Shown here: positions 39,150-47,998 of the stretch, piece after piece
Numbering within the stretch: position 1 is the first letter of the stretch
Layout of the letters: every line of letters begins with the position of its first letter
Assembly (NCBI GenBank): GCA_020718085.1
Contig: DYDB01000003.1
Location: 6,606 to 59,568, forward strand
From: Micavibrio sp.
Lineage (GTDB): Bacteria > Patescibacteriota > Minisyncoccia > Moranbacterales > GCA-2747515
Length of the DNA: 52,963 nt
Direction of reading: 5' to 3'
Notes under the pieces: model-generated
Told to the model about the DNA's origin: nothing
Seen by the model: only the letters and a program-made list of their open reading frames with translations
Databases searched by the model: none
Made by a program: the position numbers and the translations under genes

Positions 39150-39812
39150 TTATTTCTTCTCTTTCTTTTCTTCTGTAACTACTTTGTCCGCAACACCTTC
39201 GATCTTTGATACATCTGCATCTACGACAGTATTGAGAGCCTCAAGCTCCTCTTCTGATCGCGGTTCAGCAACCGATGCAATGATCACTTCAGGATCCAAC
39301 ATGATCTTCACTTTATCACCGACAATAATGTCTGCGATAGAAATGTTGTCCTCAAATGTCTTAAGATTCTCCAGGTTGATCTCGATCTCATGTGGCAGAT
39401 CTCCAGGAAGTGCACGCACCTCAATTTCATCAATTGTTTTGACCAATGTACCACCCAATTCTTTCACGGCCGGTGCAATACCAACAAACACAAGTGGCAC
39501 TTTTGTTTCAACCTCTTCTTTCATATTCAACACATAGAGATCAACGTGAGAAAAACGATTGGACACAGCTTCATGCTGTACATCATAGATCAATACGTTT
39601 ACCGACTTTTTTTCTCCCTCAACTTCTACAGACACGACAGAGCTCGTACCCGCTTGCGCGAAGATGCGACCAAACACAACACTGTCAATCCACAAATTTT
39701 GTGCGGCAATACCAGCACCATACATCACTGCAGGAATTTTTACGCCAGCTTCCTTGCGCATTTTTCTCCCTGTCGCTTCTCGTTTTTGCACTGTCAATGT
39801 GATCTTTTCCAT
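39150..39812 (-). CDS. rplY: 50S ribosomal protein L25/Ctc
   Basis: IPAVMYG, DVQH...HVDLY, VPLVFVG.APAVKE.GG, ALPGDLP. Confidence 0.95.
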   Translation of the reverse strand: MEKITLTVQKREATGRKMRKEAGVKIPAVMYGAGIAAQNLWIDSVVFGRIFAQAGTSSVVSVEVEGEKKSVNVLIYDVQHEAVSNRFSHVDLYVLNMKEEVETKVPLVFVGIAPAVKELGGTLVKTIDEIEVRALPGDLPHEIEINLENLKTFEDNISIADIIVGDKVKIMLDPEVIIASVAEPRSEEELEALNTVVDADVSKIEGVADKVVTEEKKEKK

Positions 39813-39923
39813 AAAGAATAAATTATACTTACTTAAATAAATTACATTTGTATCATTTCCAATTTACCAATTCCCATGAGTCACAATAGGATCTTAGTGA
39901 GAAGTGGTTCATTAAAAATGGTA

Positions 39924-40247
39924 TCAGAACATGTCACTTGTATATCCGTCGAATCGATTGAGATAGTCATGTACAGCGATCACATCATTATCCGAAACAG
40001 TTTGTCCGTCAAAGAAACTGCGCGCTTCCATTGGCGTTGTATCTGTCAATACGCCCACGGTCATCATTCCGGCATCATGCTGTGACACGAAGATCATTGC
40101 TGCACCGGCACATTTGGCACATGAAATATGCAAAATTGTTCGATCCTCATCATGCCCGAGCGGCATATACGACAAACTATCGCGCTGTGCACCACACACC
40201 GGACACTTTTGCGGAATTACACGGTCATGTTCTCGTGAAAAGTTCAT
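39924..40247 (-). CDS. Hypothetical zinc-ribbon protein
   Basis: CPVC...HISCAKC; DNDVIAVH tail. Confidence 0.75.
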   Translation of the reverse strand: MNFSREHDRVIPQKCPVCGAQRDSLSYMPLGHDEDRTILHISCAKCAGAAMIFVSQHDAGMMTVGVLTDTTPMEARSFFDGQTVSDNDVIAVHDYLNRFDGYTSDMF

Positions 40248-40323
40248 ATAGGTTGTATATTAGTATAAAAAAAGGAAAAAAGCAAGTGTTCTCATAGCTT
40301 AACCGATTGTAAGAGCACATTTT

Positions 40324-41121
40324 TCATTTCTCCCACATCTTAAAATATGGATGAAATATCCTATGCCCATCGGTTTTTTTCAGTTCATCATCGATAAAGT
40401 CCTTTGAGATCTCCACCTCCAACGCGTTCATGGCCGTTTCACCTTTTCGCGCTTTTTCCTCAAACCACCACACGCCAAGATTCTTCACATAGAATGGCAC
40501 GTTGAATATTTTGGCATATGTTGGAATTTTGTACTCCAACATACCAACTTCTCGATCTTTCACCGTAAGCCATTTCTCAAAAAACTCTCGCGGCAAAACC
40601 TGAAAGATGAACAAGCTGCACAGCAATTGATCTGTATATCCATATTCTTGTGCGATATATTTTTTGAATGCACAATAATTTTCATGATCTTCACCATCCG
40701 ATTTGGTCCAACTCCATCGATCCTCGGTGAATTTATCCAATCTTTTCACGCCAGAAATGAAAATTTCACCCTCTTTGATTCCCGGTAATTGATCTGCAAT
40801 GTTTCCCAAAATGAGCGCATCCCACTGCACAACTGCAACACTGTCCCAACCGTCGAGATCTTTGCCTCTCTGTTGATACCAATCCAAGATCATCAAGTCA
40901 CCATGGATCCATTTAAACTCTTTTGGTTCGTCACAAAGCGTTGAGATATAAAGATCATCCAGATATGCGCCAAGTTTTTCTCTATACATTTCCACATCAT
41001 TTTTTTCTCCTCCATATAAACCAAAGATCTGACATTCTGGATTATGCTCTTTGATCAATGCCAATCGATTAAGACAAATTTCAGGTTCTTTGTAAAACCA
41101 AAATATGATCGCTAATTTCAT
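40324..41121 (-). CDS. Hypothetical protein (possibly GT-A-like)
   Basis: 265-codon ORF; VVQWDALI and C-terminal IFHP.. loosely recall glycosyltransferases; function not established. Confidence 0.65.
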   Translation of the reverse strand: MKLAIIFWFYKEPEICLNRLALIKEHNPECQIFGLYGGEKNDVEMYREKLGAYLDDLYISTLCDEPKEFKWIHGDLMILDWYQQRGKDLDGWDSVAVVQWDALILGNIADQLPGIKEGEIFISGVKRLDKFTEDRWSWTKSDGEDHENYCAFKKYIAQEYGYTDQLLCSLFIFQVLPREFFEKWLTVKDREVGMLEYKIPTYAKIFNVPFYVKNLGVWWFEEKARKGETAMNALEVEISKDFIDDELKKTDGHRIFHPYFKMWEK

Positions 41122-41151
41122 AATGATGTTGTATTAATATGACTGTAGAAT

Positions 41152-41181
41152 AACACATGATGTGCCATGTCCATATTTTTT
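41152..41181 (-). repeat. Upstream element copy 1 (degenerate)
   Basis: About 20/30 identity to copy at 47149; abuts TGnTATTCT. Confidence 0.4.
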
Positions 41182-41282
41182 GAAAAGTAAACGACCATCA
41201 GATTGAGGTCCGGCGGCTTTGGGTTTGCCGGCTTAATCGCCGGCAGAGCGTTTTGTGTCAATTTGTAAACTCACTTTTTATA

Positions 41283-41370
41283 TGTCATCCTCGGGCTTGA
41301 CCCGGGGATCCAGAACAATATTATTTGTAGAAATAATTTTCTAGATTCCCGATCGAAGTCGGGAATGACA
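41283..41370. repeat. Complete two-armed REP/RPE-like palindromic element
   Basis: TGTCATCCTCGGGCTTGACCCGGGGATCCAG-spacer-CTAGATTCCCGATCGAAGTCGGGAATGACA: two hairpins in inverted orientation. Confidence 0.75.
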
Positions 41371-41379
41371 GCACACTCT

Positions 41380-41456
41380 ACAACCACCACCTTATCAGGT
41401 GATGGTTGCATACGGCTTCGCCTGTAAACGTACACCCCAGCTATGCTGGGGGTTTA
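41380..41456. mobile_element. Possible non-autonomous IS200/IS605-derived remnant (two terminal-type hairpins, no tnpA)
   Basis: CAACCACCACCT-TATC-AGGTGATGGTTG and CCCCAGC-TAT-GCTGGGG hairpins joined by GGCTTCGCCTGTAAAC; resemblance to IS200 ends is from recall. Confidence 0.35.
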
Positions 41457-41470
41457 TAGAATAATTAAAA

Positions 41471-41501
41471 TCAGGATCCTGAGAATTTCTCAGGATCCTG
41501 A
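41471..41501 (-). terminator. Perfect 31-bp palindrome, probable terminator of 41530..41763
   Basis: TCAGGATCCTGAGAA-T-TTCTCAGGATCCTGA; followed by TTTT on minus strand. Confidence 0.65.
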
Positions 41502-41529
41502 CAGTCAACGAGATTGCTGACTCAGCGGA

Positions 41530-41763
41530 TTACTTTTTCTTCTTTTTGCCGGACTTGAAGTTGAAGTCCAGCGACAACGTCAAGGCCTGGCTGACAAGAG
41601 TTTTGGCGAACTTATGCGCCTCTTGCTTTGAAATACCGATGCGCCGAGCGAAACGCTTTACGCTCTTCTTAACCTTTTTCGGCTTGAATGTATCCACGCC
41701 GGTTCTTTGGATCTGGTCCAACACGTACAGCCAACAGATTTGGTTTCTGCGCAATTCTTTCAA
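41530..41763 (-). CDS. Small very basic hypothetical protein
   Basis: AAGGAGGT SD just upstream of a TTG at 41763 (track start 41799 is an alternative); Lys/Arg-rich. Confidence 0.6.
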   Translation of the reverse strand: MKELRRNQICWLYVLDQIQRTGVDTFKPKKVKKSVKRFARRIGISKQEAHKFAKTLVSQALTLSLDFNFKSGKKKKK

Positions 41764-41813
41764 TGTACACCTCCTTATAGTGATCGTTCCCTGACCCATT
41801 CAGAAAACAGTTC

Positions 41814-41905
41814 ATTTTACATCACAAAAAGACTTTTTGTCAATGTTTTTTATTCTTGAACTCAGCATGCATACATTTGACACATATGGCCAAATTTGTT
41901 ATTAT
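41814..41905. promoter_or_regulatory. Divergent sigma70 promoter pair
   Basis: Minus: TTGACA-18-TAAAAT (41843..41814); plus: TTGACA-17-TATTAT (41877..41905). Confidence 0.65.
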
Positions 41906-41950
41906 GTGCAGTCGCAATTCCGTGACAATAAACATGGGAGGATCCCTAAC

Positions 41951-42274
41951 ATGAAACATGTATTCATTCGCATCGCTGAAGGAGAAAAAGAGGAAGAGAA
42001 AGTGCAAACGTGCCAACTTCTCAGCGGTGAATCCGCACAAGAGTTTCTCGCAAATCCAAAAAAGTTCCTTAGACAGTACAACAACGCCGTCCTTCTCGAC
42101 AGCTGGACAGTTCCGGAGGATCTTGAAAACGCCACTGCCAGCAACTCCGTTTGCGAGGCATTCGAAGCATTACTCGCTCTCGACGTTCTCAGCGAATTCC
42201 CCGTGGTCTCCGATCTGTATGCAACCATTTTTGAGGCAGGATACAGACTCGCTGCCAGCAAGAATAATGTATAG
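41951..42274 (+). CDS. Small acidic hypothetical protein
   Basis: GGGAGG SD before ATG at 41951 (MKHVFIR...); the track's longer start overlaps the promoter. Confidence 0.65.
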   Translation: MKHVFIRIAEGEKEEEKVQTCQLLSGESAQEFLANPKKFLRQYNNAVLLDSWTVPEDLENATASNSVCEAFEALLALDVLSEFPVVSDLYATIFEAGYRLAASKNNV

Positions 42275-42287
42275 AGGAAACCACAAG

Positions 42288-42324
42288 AACGCCCACCCAG
42301 TAGGAAAACCGAATGGTGGGCGTT
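42288..42324 (+). terminator. Intrinsic terminator
   Basis: AACGCCCACC...GGTGGGCGTT followed by TCATTTT. Confidence 0.7.
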
Positions 42325-42366
42325 TCATTTTCAAAAAGAAAAATGTCGAGATCTCAAAATTTCTTC

Positions 42367-43161
42367 TCAAAGATCATAAATAGTCAGAGCATTCTCATAA
42401 AATATTTTACTTTCAACATCCGCAGAAAGATGCAAAGACTCAATCAAATGAATATGATCATCAATTTTGCACATCGGCCAATCAGTACCAAAGATCACTT
42501 GCTCAGGACGATCTTTGATCGTTTTTTTTACTATTTCTTGTACAACTTCCATACCACCACTTTTCTCCAATACCTCTCCATCAGCCATTGCTGCAGTTTC
42601 AAAATAAATATTTGATATATCCTTTGTAATATCATAGCAATATTGCATTTTTGGCCAAAAGTAGTGTGTAATGATCACTTTTAATTTTGGAAATTTTTTG
42701 GCAATTTCTACGATATATTTTGGATCATTCCATGTAGCACACGCACTGTCACCGGAGTTCTCTCCCGTGTGAAACAGAACGGGCACATGTAATTTTTGGC
42801 ATAATGCATAATATGGAAGACACCTGTCATCAGTTGGAAAATACGGATCGTGCCCGGGAAAAAATTTTAATCCGACGATTCTTTTTTCCTCCAAAAGTTT
42901 TTGATATCTTTCCACTTCTCCTAAACCCCTCTGAATAATTTGCGGACTCCCGAGAAAATAAAAATTCTCTTGATCACCTGCAAGTTCTATTGCCTTCGTG
43001 AGATCGGCAATATGATCACTGTTCTCAATATTGTCAGGAACAATAATTGCCTTTTTCACGGAGTGTTTTTGCATATCATTTTTGAGAACGTGCAAAGCCT
43101 CTTCCAAAGTTCTTGCATTACCCTCAAAAAGTGAGATGTGTACATGTGCATCTATGATCAT
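42367..43161 (-). CDS. Amidohydrolase_2-family metallohydrolase
   Basis: IIDAHVH, GLKFFPG, VLFHTG, IITH, FGTDWP. Confidence 0.88.
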   Translation of the reverse strand: MIIDAHVHISLFEGNARTLEEALHVLKNDMQKHSVKKAIIVPDNIENSDHIADLTKAIELAGDQENFYFLGSPQIIQRGLGEVERYQKLLEEKRIVGLKFFPGHDPYFPTDDRCLPYYALCQKLHVPVLFHTGENSGDSACATWNDPKYIVEIAKKFPKLKVIITHYFWPKMQYCYDITKDISNIYFETAAMADGEVLEKSGGMEVVQEIVKKTIKDRPEQVIFGTDWPMCKIDDHIHLIESLHLSADVESKIFYENALTIYDL

Positions 43162-43192
43162 ATGTAGTGAAAAATTTATACATCCTCAGAAT

Positions 43193-43222
43193 ATCACAAA
43201 AGATCCCACGTCCCTATCACTC
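43193..43222 (-). repeat. Upstream element copy 2
   Basis: ATCACAAAAGATCCCACGTCCCTATCACTC; 22/30 identical to copy at 47149. Confidence 0.6.
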
Positions 43223-43244
43223 CACATAAGCATTTTGCAAAAAT

Positions 43245-43278
43245 AAAATCCATTGATGCATGTGCACCAATGGATTTT
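43245..43278. terminator. Intrinsic terminator
   Basis: AAAATCCATTG...CAATGGATTTT. Confidence 0.7.
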
Positions 43279-43313
43279 GAAGTCATTCAAACTTCCGCAA
43301 TTGGAAATCAGAA

Positions 43314-43883
43314 CTACTCTTTAACGTTCGCAACTTTTTTTAAAGAGTCGAGACCGTCACGCAACCTTTCCTCTGCTCTCTTTAATTTCTCGATCATCTG
43401 CGATGATTTTTTGAAAAAGATCTGCGTGCGTTTGCCAATCTTATCAAACTCGAGGCCATACGACTCATAAATGAGGCTGACAGAAGTATCGATGTCACTC
43501 ATCGATTCTTGTTTTTGCACACAGGCTTCTTTTACAACTTCGAGCATGCACGTGATATGTGGATTTAATTCCCAAAAACCATCTGATCGTCGTACCATGA
43601 TCTGATTATTCTTTATATCAATCTCGATCTTTCCTGCAAAATGGCTTGATACATATGGCGCATCTTGCGTATAAAGCCGACAGGTCTCTATGATCGCTCG
43701 AATGATCTCTCTGATCTGCGGGTCACGCTTCTCACGGTATTGTGAGATAATACTACGGTCTCGCTCTTGTGTGCGATTAATGAAAAAAAACATCATAATA
43801 GCACATCCAGCGAACCCCGTGACAATAAGAACTCCTGTTACGGCAACAATTGTTGACTGATGAATATTGATAAATTCAATCAT
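43314..43883 (-). CDS. Hypothetical single-TM protein with C-terminal coiled coil
   Basis: AAGGAG SD before ATG at 43883; the track start 43958 overlaps the promoter. Confidence 0.7.
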   Translation of the reverse strand: MIEFINIHQSTIVAVTGVLIVTGFAGCAIMMFFFINRTQERDRSIISQYREKRDPQIREIIRAIIETCRLYTQDAPYVSSHFAGKIEIDIKNNQIMVRRSDGFWELNPHITCMLEVVKEACVQKQESMSDIDTSVSLIYESYGLEFDKIGKRTQIFFKKSSQMIEKLKRAEERLRDGLDSLKKVANVKE

Positions 43884-43956
43884 GACATTCTCCTTTTCAT
43901 CTATACTGAATTTTATCCTGCAAATACCCACATTAATTAACGAACAATAACCGAGC

Positions 43957-43985
43957 ATTATAGCAGATTATTGAAGTTTTGTCAA
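43957..43985 (-). promoter_or_regulatory. Consensus sigma70 promoter
   Basis: TTGACA-17 nt-TATAAT with TG extension. Confidence 0.8.
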
Positions 43986-44108
43986 TATTATTTAGCTTAT
44001 AAATGTGAATTTATATCAATTATCCCCCATGCAAAAACGGTTCATACGTAATAAGGGTCATTTTAATGTGACCATCTAAAATGCGATTTTCTCAATCTCC
44101 GAATTACA

Positions 44109-47054
44109 TCAAAGATTTTTTTCAATTTGCTCAACTACGCTTTTTTGCTTTGTGTTATTTCCAACTTCAATTTCACGTGCAATTTTTTCAGCTTCCAAAA
44201 GTGTGATTCCTTCAGGGATTAATGAAATTGTATCTTGCCGTGCTACCCCAACATCATTCAATTCCGTTTTCCACCAATTGCACAATTCTGCCAATATTTT
44301 TTTACCATCCTCACCTTGCTCGAGACAAAATGGAATGATTGGATTCAAATATGTACCTTGAGATCGACCACTGATTATTTCATCCAATAAAAAACGATTA
44401 TACCTAAGTGCATAGATCATAGCGTTCTTATAATTTCGCAATATGTCATCCTTCCTTTTTCCTTCCCACGCCATATGTCCCATGATCAATTGAGATGTTG
44501 CCAAGTGATCATTGTATTCGTGTTGTCGCGCCAAATCTTCAGCATCACTCAAGAGTTGCATAACTTCAGATTCTTTTTCAAAATGCCATCTAATCTGGGC
44601 AAGCCCAATTAGAGAACCGCACTTAAAATAATGAAACCAATCATCAAAAGGAAATTCTAAATACCCAGAAAAACAACTTTCAGCTTCTAGCCACTCCTGT
44701 CTATATAAACAACAGACACCAAGATAATACTCTTCTTCATGAACCATATAGTCATTTCCCTGAACACGAAATATTCTACAAGATTCAGAAAGAAACTTCT
44801 TTGCAGAATCAACATCGCCATGACGCAAATATATTACACCTAGGTGCATAAGGGTCCAATGCTGATCGTAAGAAATGCAATTAGATTTTTCCTTTTCTAA
44901 TTCTTTTTCGATCAATGGAATAACCTCATCAGCTCTATCTTGAAATGCAATTGCATCAAATATATCTCTATGCACCTCACTCTGATCGCCAGATAAATCC
45001 ATGTGCGTTTTAAAGACGTCCTTTAAAATCCTTTCAACCTCAGAATATCGCCCCATCCATACTCTAGCCAGTTGCCAATCAAGGAAACTTCTTGCTAAAT
45101 ATAATTTGTTGTCAGCAATCTCAGGCAAACTAGTCAAATTCTTCTCAGCATCCAAAAATTCTCTCCAGCGACCATGCATTGCATAATTACCCTTTAGCCA
45201 CTGACAAGATAGTACTAGACCATAATAATTTTTTTTCTCTAGACAAAAATTGTAAACATCGGTTAATGCGGTCTTTATATCCTCATAACTTCTTTTTCTA
45301 AAATTTGTCGCCTTTCTCAATCGAAGCATATATTGATCTGGATCATCCTCAGGTAAAAACTTTTCACATTCTTGGATCATCGATTCTATCTTCGTTGGCG
45401 TGTCCGGTTGGGAATAACGTTCATCTCTATTTAAAATATCAATCAATTGTAATAAAGTTTTTGCACGCAAATAATCATCTCCTTCACATTTTTCAATTAT
45501 TTCATTTAAGTTATGCTCAACTTCATCCATACGAACAGAGCCTTCGTATTTTAGTAACACTGAATAATAATAATTCCTCCATAAAATACTATTCTCATTA
45601 TATAATGGGTACATTTTTACATCATTCAAAAACGTTCGCAGTTTTCCCTTAAAACTATACTGAACCAATTCTTCGGCAATATCACGAAATAATTTAATAC
45701 CCACAACCTCATCTGCACAAACACGATGATACAATCGCTCCAATTCAAGTTGCTCTCGATCTTTTCCATAAATCTTTTTCAATAGCTCCTCAAAATACAC
45801 CGCCGCACATTCATGTAATTTATTATGTTTCTCAGAATCTTGAATCTTTAAATTTTTATTTATTACATCTCGAAATAGATCATGCAATGCAAACCCTCCT
45901 TGACGCGATTTTACAAATGGAAAGCGACGCAGTGCATTGAAGTCACTGTCTACATCTTTTTTATTTAATAAATTGCGCAAGATAGGTCTATCAAACCAAC
46001 GCACAATCGCAGCAGCTTCAAGTAATGGGACTAGTTCCTCTGGCACACCTCTCATTAAACGATCCACAACATTTGCGATTCCTTCTGATTTTACAACTTG
46101 AAAATCTTCTATGCCATATTCTATCCAAAGATCCACAATAGTAGCTGCTTCAAGAGGCAAAAAAGAAGTAAACTCAATGATCTGATCCACCTGCTCCGGA
46201 TCTGGAGAACCTCCGCGCATCATATCATAATAACGATGGATCAATTGACGCATATGCTCTTCACTCATCGGGCGCAATTCTTCTACTTGTGCATTCATCA
46301 TCCACCCAGGCCACAAATTACTCCACTCAGGCAATGTTCTTCCAGCAATCACAATCAGCACATTCGTATTAATGTTCTGAGCAATATCACACACCCATTC
46401 TTCCAACACATGCATTTTTTCAAAAGTATCGAGTAAAAGAACAATGCGTTTATCTTCATCAATTTTTGCTATATCCTCTAAGAAATCTGTAGTAAATCGT
46501 TCTGTGGGATCTAGCCATAAATCTGCATCAGTTCTGGACAAAAAACCACGCAACCAATCACTAAGAGCATCTGCGCCCATCCCGCCAGCAACACTTCCGG
46601 CTACGCCACCAATTATCGTTCCGACGCCAGGAACAAACGATCCAACCACTGCTCCAGAAATTGCACCTCCTGCGCTCTCTGCAAATTTTGAAAAAAATTT
46701 ACTTCCTGCACCTTTTTTTTGCACCTTTGCATTAATTTTATTGTACTGATTTAATGTTTTGCGTATTTTTTTCAATTTGATATTATCTTTTTCCAAGTCA
46801 TCTGTCCAACGGGCAATTATGTCCATGATAGATTTTGCATCATCCCCCGAAGAAAGAGCAACAGGAATTTTTTTATTTTCACAATGCAACCGAAACATGT
46901 GCAACAAAGATGACTTCCCCACACCACCAACACCGTGCAAGACCATCAAACGCTTTGGTAATTTTTCAGCTGATACAAAATCTTTGAACATATTGCGTAA
47001 ATGTTCCATGTTTGTAAAATAATTCTGAATGTTACTATTGCCATCGCGTTGCAT
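44109..47054 (-). CDS. STAND-like P-loop NTPase with C-terminal TPR-like repeats
   Basis: LHGVGGVGKS (Walker A), IVLLLDTFE (Walker B), VIAGR, FLPL (GxP-equivalent), LHDLFR (MHD-like), helical repeats. Confidence 0.8.
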   Translation of the reverse strand: MQRDGNSNIQNYFTNMEHLRNMFKDFVSAEKLPKRLMVLHGVGGVGKSSLLHMFRLHCENKKIPVALSSGDDAKSIMDIIARWTDDLEKDNIKLKKIRKTLNQYNKINAKVQKKGAGSKFFSKFAESAGGAISGAVVGSFVPGVGTIIGGVAGSVAGGMGADALSDWLRGFLSRTDADLWLDPTERFTTDFLEDIAKIDEDKRIVLLLDTFEKMHVLEEWVCDIAQNINTNVLIVIAGRTLPEWSNLWPGWMMNAQVEELRPMSEEHMRQLIHRYYDMMRGGSPDPEQVDQIIEFTSFLPLEAATIVDLWIEYGIEDFQVVKSEGIANVVDRLMRGVPEELVPLLEAAAIVRWFDRPILRNLLNKKDVDSDFNALRRFPFVKSRQGGFALHDLFRDVINKNLKIQDSEKHNKLHECAAVYFEELLKKIYGKDREQLELERLYHRVCADEVVGIKLFRDIAEELVQYSFKGKLRTFLNDVKMYPLYNENSILWRNYYYSVLLKYEGSVRMDEVEHNLNEIIEKCEGDDYLRAKTLLQLIDILNRDERYSQPDTPTKIESMIQECEKFLPEDDPDQYMLRLRKATNFRKRSYEDIKTALTDVYNFCLEKKNYYGLVLSCQWLKGNYAMHGRWREFLDAEKNLTSLPEIADNKLYLARSFLDWQLARVWMGRYSEVERILKDVFKTHMDLSGDQSEVHRDIFDAIAFQDRADEVIPLIEKELEKEKSNCISYDQHWTLMHLGVIYLRHGDVDSAKKFLSESCRIFRVQGNDYMVHEEEYYLGVCCLYRQEWLEAESCFSGYLEFPFDDWFHYFKCGSLIGLAQIRWHFEKESEVMQLLSDAEDLARQHEYNDHLATSQLIMGHMAWEGKRKDDILRNYKNAMIYALRYNRFLLDEIISGRSQGTYLNPIIPFCLEQGEDGKKILAELCNWWKTELNDVGVARQDTISLIPEGITLLEAEKIAREIEVGNNTKQKSVVEQIEKNL

Positions 47055-47148
47055 AGATTTTTATTAAAAATAAATATTACAATTCCTTATTAGTGGAATA
47101 TTTGTTATGAACGATCAAGATACTATTTCTAACGTTTATACACATACT

Positions 47149-47178
47149 ATCACATGAAGTTCCACGTTCCCATCTCTC
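47149..47178 (-). repeat. Upstream element copy 3
   Basis: ATCACATGAAGTTCCACGTTCCCATCTCTC. Confidence 0.6.
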
Positions 47179-47225
47179 TATACAAAACAGCCCATATGTA
47201 ATCAAAGCTTTTTTGGTGTAACTGC

Positions 47226-47837
47226 CTAAAGTGCAACTTTTTTAATTTCCAAAACGCACTTCTCTATTTGATCTTCAAGATCATTTCGCGAAGTATCAAA
47301 TGTAAAAATGAATGGCAATGCCAAATTTTGATGCAATGACTTGCGACGATGATATTCAGCGACGGCATCATCCGCATTTTTGAATAACCATGTATGTTTA
47401 AAATTCGTAAGTTTTTGAATGATAAATTCTTCAGGAGGGTTAATATGGATCCAAAAAACTGTAATACTATGTTTTACTGATATGTCATTTATCGTTTCTT
47501 GCGCAAGTATCGGTGCACAATCTGCATCAACGGCGATACTATAACCCAAAGCCGCAAGTTCCTCTGTGACCTTTATAATGATCTCTGTATTTCTCTCCAT
47601 TTTATAACCATGGTCAAAAAGCATTTTCCTGATATCATCATTGGATACCCTTACGAGTGAAAGGCGTTCCGCCAGCGGTTTCATAACTGTTGTTTTTCCA
47701 GAGCCAACCAATCCCACAGGACAGATCATTATTTTGTTTTTTGATTTTTCAATCGGTTTTACAATTTCCTCTTTGTATTTTTCTACCATTTCCAACACCA
47801 CATCGTCAGAAACTATTTTTAGTTGATCTTCTGGCAT
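47226..47837 (-). CDS. P-loop kinase (AAA_33-like)
   Basis: VGLVGSGKTT, VSNDDIR, IAVDA. Confidence 0.8.
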   Translation of the reverse strand: MPEDQLKIVSDDVVLEMVEKYKEEIVKPIEKSKNKIMICPVGLVGSGKTTVMKPLAERLSLVRVSNDDIRKMLFDHGYKMERNTEIIIKVTEELAALGYSIAVDADCAPILAQETINDISVKHSITVFWIHINPPEEFIIQKLTNFKHTWLFKNADDAVAEYHRRKSLHQNLALPFIFTFDTSRNDLEDQIEKCVLEIKKVAL

Positions 47838-47931
47838 AATTTTTCCACTACCATTTACAATGTAATTTATATTCAGAATATCATAATAATTTTAATATCT
47901 AAATCTTTTTGATAAATATCTTCCAATTGAA

Positions 47932-47964
47932 AAGTCGCTGTTCCCCATTTGGGTACAGCGACTT
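47932..47964. terminator. Intrinsic terminator
   Basis: AAGTCGCTGT...ACAGCGACTT. Confidence 0.7.
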
Positions 47965-47998
47965 CTTTGTTATTTTTTTATGCAACCTACAGTGATCA

